A stretch of DNA of 64,000 nucleotides, taken from NCBI GenBank assembly GCA_963664395.2, contig OY761159.2, positions 2,048,001-2,112,000 of the forward strand. The letters run 5' to 3'. A model generated the notes under the pieces. That model was given only the letters and a program-made list of their open reading frames with translations. It did not search any database and was not told the origin of the DNA. Within the stretch, counting starts at the first letter, position 1. The number at the start of each line of letters is the position of its first letter. Source of the DNA: Candidatus Binatia bacterium. Its GTDB lineage: Bacteria; Desulfobacterota; Binatia; Bin18. Positions 58,788 to 64,000 of this stretch are shown piece by piece. The translations under genes were made by a program, and so were the position numbers.

Positions 58788-60230
58788 ATGCGTACATTGT
58801 TTTTAAATCCGCCTGCATATGAAAACTTTGACGGTGGAGCGGGTTCACGCTATCAGGCGACTCGTGAGGTCTGGTCGTTCTGGTATCCAACCTGGCTGTG
58901 TTATCCGGCCGGCATGATCGAGAATAGTCGCGTTCTGGATGCTCCGCCCGAAGGATTAAACCAGGCGCAGACCGTTGAGATCGCCAAAGAGTACGACCTT
59001 ATTGTGTTGCACACCAGTACGCCGTCGGTGAAGCTGGACGCGCGTACCGCGGAGCTGATCAAAGAAAAAAATCCGGATTGCCACATCGCGTTTGTAGGCG
59101 GCCAGGCCACGGCTGAGCCGGAGCAGACCTTACAAATCTCTGAAGCCATCGATATTGCCGCTCGGAGAGAGTTTGACTACTCGATGAAAGAGGTCGCCGA
59201 GGGACGGGACTGGAAAGACATCTGCGGCATCAGCTACCGCAAGGATGGACACATCCATCACACCCTTGAACGTCCCGCGCTTACCAATGCAGAGCTCGAC
59301 CAACTGCCCTTTGTCACCCAGATTTATAACCGCGATTTGGACTTCCGTAAGTATAACAGTCCGTATTGCCAGTACCCGTATGTGTCGTTGTATACCGGAC
59401 GGGGGTGTCCTGCGCGCTGTACGTTTTGTTTATGGCCGCAGGTGACCACCGGCCATTCCTACCGCACCCGCTCGGTTGGCAATGTCATTGAGGAAGTGCA
59501 GGAAATGAAGCGTCTCTTTCCCGGCATGAAAGAGGTCTTTTTTGATGATGATACGTTTACGGCCGACCCGAAACGGGCGCGTGAAATCGCAAAAAAAATG
59601 GGCGCCCTCGGCCTGTGCTGGTCTACCAACGCGCGCGGGAATGTTGATTACGAGACCCTCAAGGTGCTGAAAGATGGCGGGCTGCGGCTGTTTGTGGTCG
59701 GTTATGAGTCCGGGAATGCCGCCATTCTCAAGAATATCAAGAAAGGCGTAGCCCTCGAAACCTCGCGGCGTTTTACTCAGGACTGCCACACGCTCGGCAT
59801 CTTGATCCACGGCACCTTTATCCTGGGCTTACCGGGAGAAACCCGTGAGACCATGCAGGAGACCATGCGTTTCGCCCGGGAGATGAATCCGGAAACCATT
59901 CAGGTCTCTTTGGCTTCACCCTATCCTGGCACCGCCTTTTACGATTTTGCCCTCGACCACGGCTACATCAAAGCCGGCGATCTGGTGGGCGAGTCGGGCT
60001 ATCAGAAATGCGTGATTAACTATCCGAACCTGTCTGGGGAGGAAATTTTTGAAACGGTTGAGAAATTTTACCGTTCGTATTACCTCCGCCCACGCTACAT
60101 TTTCAAAGCCGTGAAAAAGATGGCGCGGGACCCGGAAGAGCGGAAACGGATGTGGCAGGAAGGCAAGGATTTTTTCCGCTCCATGCGGAAACGGCGGGAG
60201 ATGAATATCGCCTCTTCCCCGGCTGCCTAA
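58788..60230 (+). CDS. hpnJ: Hopanoid biosynthesis-associated radical SAM protein HpnJ
   Basis: FDGGAGSRYQATREV.SFWYPTWL, GRGCPARCTFCLWPQ (CxxxCxxC), FFDDDTF, IHGTFILGLPGET. Confidence 0.95.
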   Translation: MRTLFLNPPAYENFDGGAGSRYQATREVWSFWYPTWLCYPAGMIENSRVLDAPPEGLNQAQTVEIAKEYDLIVLHTSTPSVKLDARTAELIKEKNPDCHIAFVGGQATAEPEQTLQISEAIDIAARREFDYSMKEVAEGRDWKDICGISYRKDGHIHHTLERPALTNAELDQLPFVTQIYNRDLDFRKYNSPYCQYPYVSLYTGRGCPARCTFCLWPQVTTGHSYRTRSVGNVIEEVQEMKRLFPGMKEVFFDDDTFTADPKRAREIAKKMGALGLCWSTNARGNVDYETLKVLKDGGLRLFVVGYESGNAAILKNIKKGVALETSRRFTQDCHTLGILIHGTFILGLPGETRETMQETMRFAREMNPETIQVSLASPYPGTAFYDFALDHGYIKAGDLVGESGYQKCVINYPNLSGEEIFETVEKFYRSYYLRPRYIFKAVKKMARDPEERKRMWQEGKDFFRSMRKRREMNIASSPAA

Positions 60231-60271
60231 TGCGCCTCCTCCCTCTCGGGAGGAGGCCGTGTCTGTACTCA

Positions 60272-61435
60272 ATGTCCCTTATCATATTCTGGCTCCTATG
60301 CGGCCTCCTGTGTATTGCCCTGCTCTATTACTTTTTTAGTGTGTACGCGGCTTGGCGTTTTTTTCGCCCGAGGAGGGGCAGCCGGCCGGTTGCCCCTCCA
60401 TATCTCACCACCCTTCCCCCAGTCACTATTCTCAAGCCGCTCAAAGGCGCACCGTCCGACCTGTACGACAGCCTGGTAAGTTTTTGTCGACTCGATTATC
60501 CAACCTTTCAGATCATGTGTGGCGTACGTGACCCCAATGACCCGGCGATTGCCATAGTCACGAAAGTGCAGCACGACTTTCCCCGGTGCGATATTGCGCT
60601 GGTTGTTGAACCCCAGGTGATCGGGACCAATTACAAGGTCAGCAGCCTGCATCATCTGACGCCGCAGATGAAGTATGACTATCTCGTCATTACCGACAGT
60701 GATGTTTGTGTTGAGCCGAATTACTTGCAGACGATTATCCCCCCCTTAACGAGTCCTGAAACGGGCTTGGTCACGTGTGTGTATCGCGGCGGCTCCGCGC
60801 AACCACTGCCGGCCCTGCTGGAATCGCTCATGATCAACACGGTTTTTACCCCCCAAGTCGTAGTCGCCAGCCAAGTCGAACAGCCGTCGTATGCCTTTGG
60901 GGCAACCATGGCGCTCAAACGCACCTGCCTCGAAGCTATTGGGGGATTTGCACGGCTGTCTGATTATCTGGCGGATGATTATTATCTTGGGTATCTCATT
61001 GCCCAGGCTGGGTATCAGATTCGAGTCCTCCCCACCGTTGTTGAGACCCGTCCCGATGCGGGATCGCTGAGCGACTTGTTTCACCATCAGTTACGCTGGG
61101 CGCGGACGCAACGCAACTGCCGTCCCAGCGGGTATATCAGCACATGTGTGACGTTTGGCACTGTCTGGGCATATGTGGGCCTGCTCTGTTTTTGGTCGTC
61201 TGTAGAGATGACTATTCTCGCCCTCAGCGTCATTGGGGTACGTCTCCTGACGGCAGCCCTTACGAGCACGGCCTTTCTGCAATCGACCCTGCCGCTCCCT
61301 GCCATTCTGCTGACCCCACTCACAGACCTCCTCTCTTTTGTGATCTGGTGTGTCAGCTTGCAGGGCGACACCGTCCAATGGCGCGAGTATACCTTTCGGG
61401 TCCACAAGGATGGTCGAATGGTCCGCGTCAGTTAA
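60272..61435 (+). CDS. hpnI: Bacteriohopanetetrol glucosamine biosynthesis glycosyltransferase HpnI
   Basis: VTILKPLKG, GTNYKVSSL, DSD, FGATMA, LADDY.LG, QLRWART. Confidence 0.9.
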   Translation: MSLIIFWLLCGLLCIALLYYFFSVYAAWRFFRPRRGSRPVAPPYLTTLPPVTILKPLKGAPSDLYDSLVSFCRLDYPTFQIMCGVRDPNDPAIAIVTKVQHDFPRCDIALVVEPQVIGTNYKVSSLHHLTPQMKYDYLVITDSDVCVEPNYLQTIIPPLTSPETGLVTCVYRGGSAQPLPALLESLMINTVFTPQVVVASQVEQPSYAFGATMALKRTCLEAIGGFARLSDYLADDYYLGYLIAQAGYQIRVLPTVVETRPDAGSLSDLFHHQLRWARTQRNCRPSGYISTCVTFGTVWAYVGLLCFWSSVEMTILALSVIGVRLLTAALTSTAFLQSTLPLPAILLTPLTDLLSFVIWCVSLQGDTVQWREYTFRVHKDGRMVRVS

Positions 61436-61447
61436 CCGCCAGTTCCT

Positions 61448-62332
61448 TCACTTAACGTAAGGGAGGGCGTTGTAATTCACGAGCCGAATATTCTCTTCTG
61501 CGGCCGCCACCCGCACCGTCGGACTTGTGAGCGCCGCAAGCTCAACGTCTCTTTGATACGTTGGCGTCCAGCGTTCGACCTCGGGACAGGGTAGGAAGGC
61601 CGGGTGGCAGTACAGCTCCGTTACGCCGGCTTGGAGTCGCGGAAGCAGGCCGAGCAGGTAAGATTCATCCACAGCGCCACTTTGATGCAGGCCAAACAGA
61701 TGATCCGGGTGCAGAATAAAAGCATTATGCAGCTTTTTCTCTGTCGTTCGAGCCAGAGATGTAAAGACAACGGACTCCCAGCGTTTCCTCAAGGCATGGC
61801 GCGGATCGAGCGTCAGGCTGGTCGTCAGGTCTTCTCGGGTCAGGCGTATGGCAGGAATATGGTATTCCTGTGCGAGTGCCAGGAGAGCGTCCATAACGAC
61901 TGGATGCATATGGATATTGAGATGTCCATCAACATGGGACAGGGCTAAGCCCGTTTCCAGAAAACGTTCAAGCTGGGCTCGGCACTCGGCCTGGACCTCT
62001 TCCCGCGCCCGGCGGGAGAAATAATACTGCAATCCGGCCCGGATTGGATCGCGGGTAAAGTCTCCCTCGCTATCGATGATCACGCGGAGGTGCTGTCGGG
62101 AGAGAGCAGCCCGTCCCTGGACTAATGTCACATGCAGTCCAACCCCGAGGCTGGGTGTCGAGCAGGCAAGCTCGACCGCTTCCTCCCAGGCCGGAGCAGT
62201 GACCATGAGGCTGGTATTCGTCAGAATGCCCTGCTGATGGGCGCGCAGTATGCCGGCATTGACCTGAGCGGACAGGCCGAAGTCGTCCCCGTTGACGATC
62301 AGATAGCGGGCGACACGGACGGGAGCAGGCAT
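61448..62332 (-). CDS. hpnK: Hopanoid biosynthesis-associated deacetylase HpnK (ChbG/YdjC family)
   Basis: NGDDFG, GLHVTLVQG, HVDGH..IHMHP, FGL..SG, ELYCHP. Confidence 0.9.
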   Translation of the reverse strand: MPAPVRVARYLIVNGDDFGLSAQVNAGILRAHQQGILTNTSLMVTAPAWEEAVELACSTPSLGVGLHVTLVQGRAALSRQHLRVIIDSEGDFTRDPIRAGLQYYFSRRAREEVQAECRAQLERFLETGLALSHVDGHLNIHMHPVVMDALLALAQEYHIPAIRLTREDLTTSLTLDPRHALRKRWESVVFTSLARTTEKKLHNAFILHPDHLFGLHQSGAVDESYLLGLLPRLQAGVTELYCHPAFLPCPEVERWTPTYQRDVELAALTSPTVRVAAAEENIRLVNYNALPYVK

Positions 62333-62335
62333 AGC

Positions 62336-63094
62336 TCAGGCCGAGCGGGTGGCCAAGTCAAACGCGTCGAGCCGTTCGATAGCGGGCAGGATGTCGCGTT
62401 CGGCGTGTTCGAGGTCTTGCGGAAAATCGATTTCCGTCCAGGGCAGGTCGTCAACCTGCTCAAAGCCAACCTGGTGCTGGGCCAGAAACACCGGGAAGGC
62501 TTCTTCATGCTCAATCGTGTCTCGACCCTGAGCCACACAGTCATCGAGAATAGAGCGCAGCAGCGGCACCGCGTCTCGCGCGACCTTGAGAAAACCGACC
62601 GACTCGCCAATCAGGTCGTAATCGCCCGCGCCGCCCCGGATGATCGTCAGCACCCGCCCGGCGCGGGTGAGCAGCATTTGTTCTTCGCCGCTATTTTCGG
62701 AGCTCGCATCGAGTAAAAAACAGCTGGCGTGCGGGGATTGCACCAAGCGTTGCAGCAAACGCACCGGGAAGAGCACATCGGCATCCATGATAAGCAGGTC
62801 AGTGTCGAACTCTTTGCGCGCGCTCCAGAGAGACAGGATGGCGCCCTTTTCGTACTGCGCGTTCCTGATGTAGCGCACGGACACCGCGCCGTAGCGCTCG
62901 CCGATTTCTTCGACAATCATGTCCCCACGATAGCCTATCACGATCACTGCCTCTCTGACTCCAGCGGCTCCGAGAGCAGCCAGGGTGCGTTCGAGCAGGG
63001 TTTTTCCGCCGACCGCTATCAAACATTTGGGCCGGTGGTCGGTGAGGGCCTTAAATCGTTTGCCAACCCCGGCCGCGAGGATAATCGCCTTCAT
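62336..63094 (-). CDS. Phosphocholine/phosphonate cytidylyltransferase family protein (LicC/PntC-like)
   Basis: AIILAAGVGKR, PKCL, MDADV, GESVGF, WTEIDFPQD. Confidence 0.85.
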   Translation of the reverse strand: MKAIILAAGVGKRFKALTDHRPKCLIAVGGKTLLERTLAALGAAGVREAVIVIGYRGDMIVEEIGERYGAVSVRYIRNAQYEKGAILSLWSARKEFDTDLLIMDADVLFPVRLLQRLVQSPHASCFLLDASSENSGEEQMLLTRAGRVLTIIRGGAGDYDLIGESVGFLKVARDAVPLLRSILDDCVAQGRDTIEHEEAFPVFLAQHQVGFEQVDDLPWTEIDFPQDLEHAERDILPAIERLDAFDLATRSA

Positions 63095-63999
63095 ATACTT
63101 CCGCCTGGCCTCCCGCCTGACAGCACGTCTTTGAGGGCGTCAAGAAAACGCCGAAAATCGTCCAGGGTCAGATGTCCCATGTTTGCGACTCGGAAAATAT
63201 CGGTTCGGAGCTTTCCCTGCCCCTCGTAAATGACAAAGCCCTGTTGTTTGAGACCGTCATGTAAGCCCGGATACGAAGTGCCCTGGGGCAGGAGCAGAGA
63301 GGTCAGGGAGTTGGAACGGAGTTCCGGGGGAAGGAGGAATTCGAGTCCGAGTTCGGCAAAGCCGTCGCGCAGGAGCTGGGCGGCGCGACGATAGCGTTTT
63401 ATCCGTCCTGCCGGCGTTTCCTCCAGGAGTTCATCCAGGGCCGCATCGAGCGCATACCAGGCCGGGATGGCTGGCGTAAATGGAATACTCCGGCGTTCTT
63501 GCGCTTCCCAGTACAGCGGTAGATGGAGATACAACGAACGGCGGGGATAGTCCTGCATAGCCGTCATGACTTCGTTCCGAACCAACACAAAGGCGACACC
63601 CGGCTGGCCTTGGACGCATTTGTTGGCCGTACAGGCACACAGGTCCACACTGTCGCGCACGACATCGAGGTTTTCACCACCAAGCGCGCTCACCGCGTCA
63701 AGCAGAAACAGTCGGCCCGCCTGACGCACAACAGCGCCAATTTCAGTCACGGGATTGAGCAGGCCGGTTGTGGTCTCATGCTGGACCACGGTCACTGCGG
63801 CGATAGCGGGGTCGTTCCTCAGGGTGGCTGCAATCTGATCCGGGTTCGGCGCTTCGGTCCAGGCATAGGTCAATTCTACGGTCGGGATACGGTGGGCTTC
63901 GGCCATTTGGCGCATCCGGTCGCCATAGACCCCGTTGTTAATCACTAAGAGTTTCTCTCCCTCCGCCAGCGCCGACGAGACCATGGCCTCGACCGCCAG
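63091..63999 (-). CDS. phnW: 2-aminoethylphosphonate aminotransferase (class V PLP), 5' end outside the window
   Basis: AVEAMVSS, NNGVYGDRM, HETTTGLLNP, DAVSALGGE, TANKCVQG.PG, PFTP, GFVIYEGQG, FRVANMG. Confidence 0.8.
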   Translation of the reverse strand: MAVEAMVSSALAEGEKLLVINNGVYGDRMRQMAEAHRIPTVELTYAWTEAPNPDQIAATLRNDPAIAAVTVVQHETTTGLLNPVTEIGAVVRQAGRLFLLDAVSALGGENLDVVRDSVDLCACTANKCVQGQPGVAFVLVRNEVMTAMQDYPRRSLYLHLPLYWEAQERRSIPFTPAIPAWYALDAALDELLEETPAGRIKRYRRAAQLLRDGFAELGLEFLLPPELRSNSLTSLLLPQGTSYPGLHDGLKQQGFVIYEGQGKLRTDIFRVANMGHLTLDDFRRFLDALKDVLSGGRPGGSI

Positions 64000-64000
64000 G

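Overview
A bacterial chromosomal window of moderately high GC, dominated by catabolic and redox enzymes: an LLM monooxygenase, tryptophan 2,3-dioxygenase with a frameshifted kynureninase, a DUF35/thiolase pair, 2-aminophenol 1,6-dioxygenase amnBA with amnC, class III CoA-transferases and SMP-30 lactonases. It ends in a hopanoid side-chain cluster (hpnL, hpnJ, hpnI, hpnK) that is interleaved with two tandem TonB-dependent receptor paralogs and coupled to a cytidylyltransferase and a 2-aminoethylphosphonate transaminase. Accessory or decayed elements are scattered throughout: an IS1595 remnant apparently carrying a small protein plus a dCTP deaminase as passengers, several toxin-antitoxin modules (two with broken vapC toxins), a RloA-like ATPase with a truncated RloB, and a restriction-nuclease-like gene. 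The best candidates for undescribed biology are in an AT-richer island at about 29.4-34.6 kb: (i) a BrnT-like toxin followed by an antitoxin N-terminus fused to two tandem HEPN-like domains, and (ii) an HTH-dynamin-like GTPase coupled to an LRAT/NlpC-P60 enzyme, both ending in glycine zippers. An AhpD/CMD-family gene split by the ORF caller looks like a selenoprotein (CxxU plus a SECIS-like hairpin). No rRNA, tRNA or CRISPR array was recognised. All family assignments come from motif recognition by eye, not database searches.
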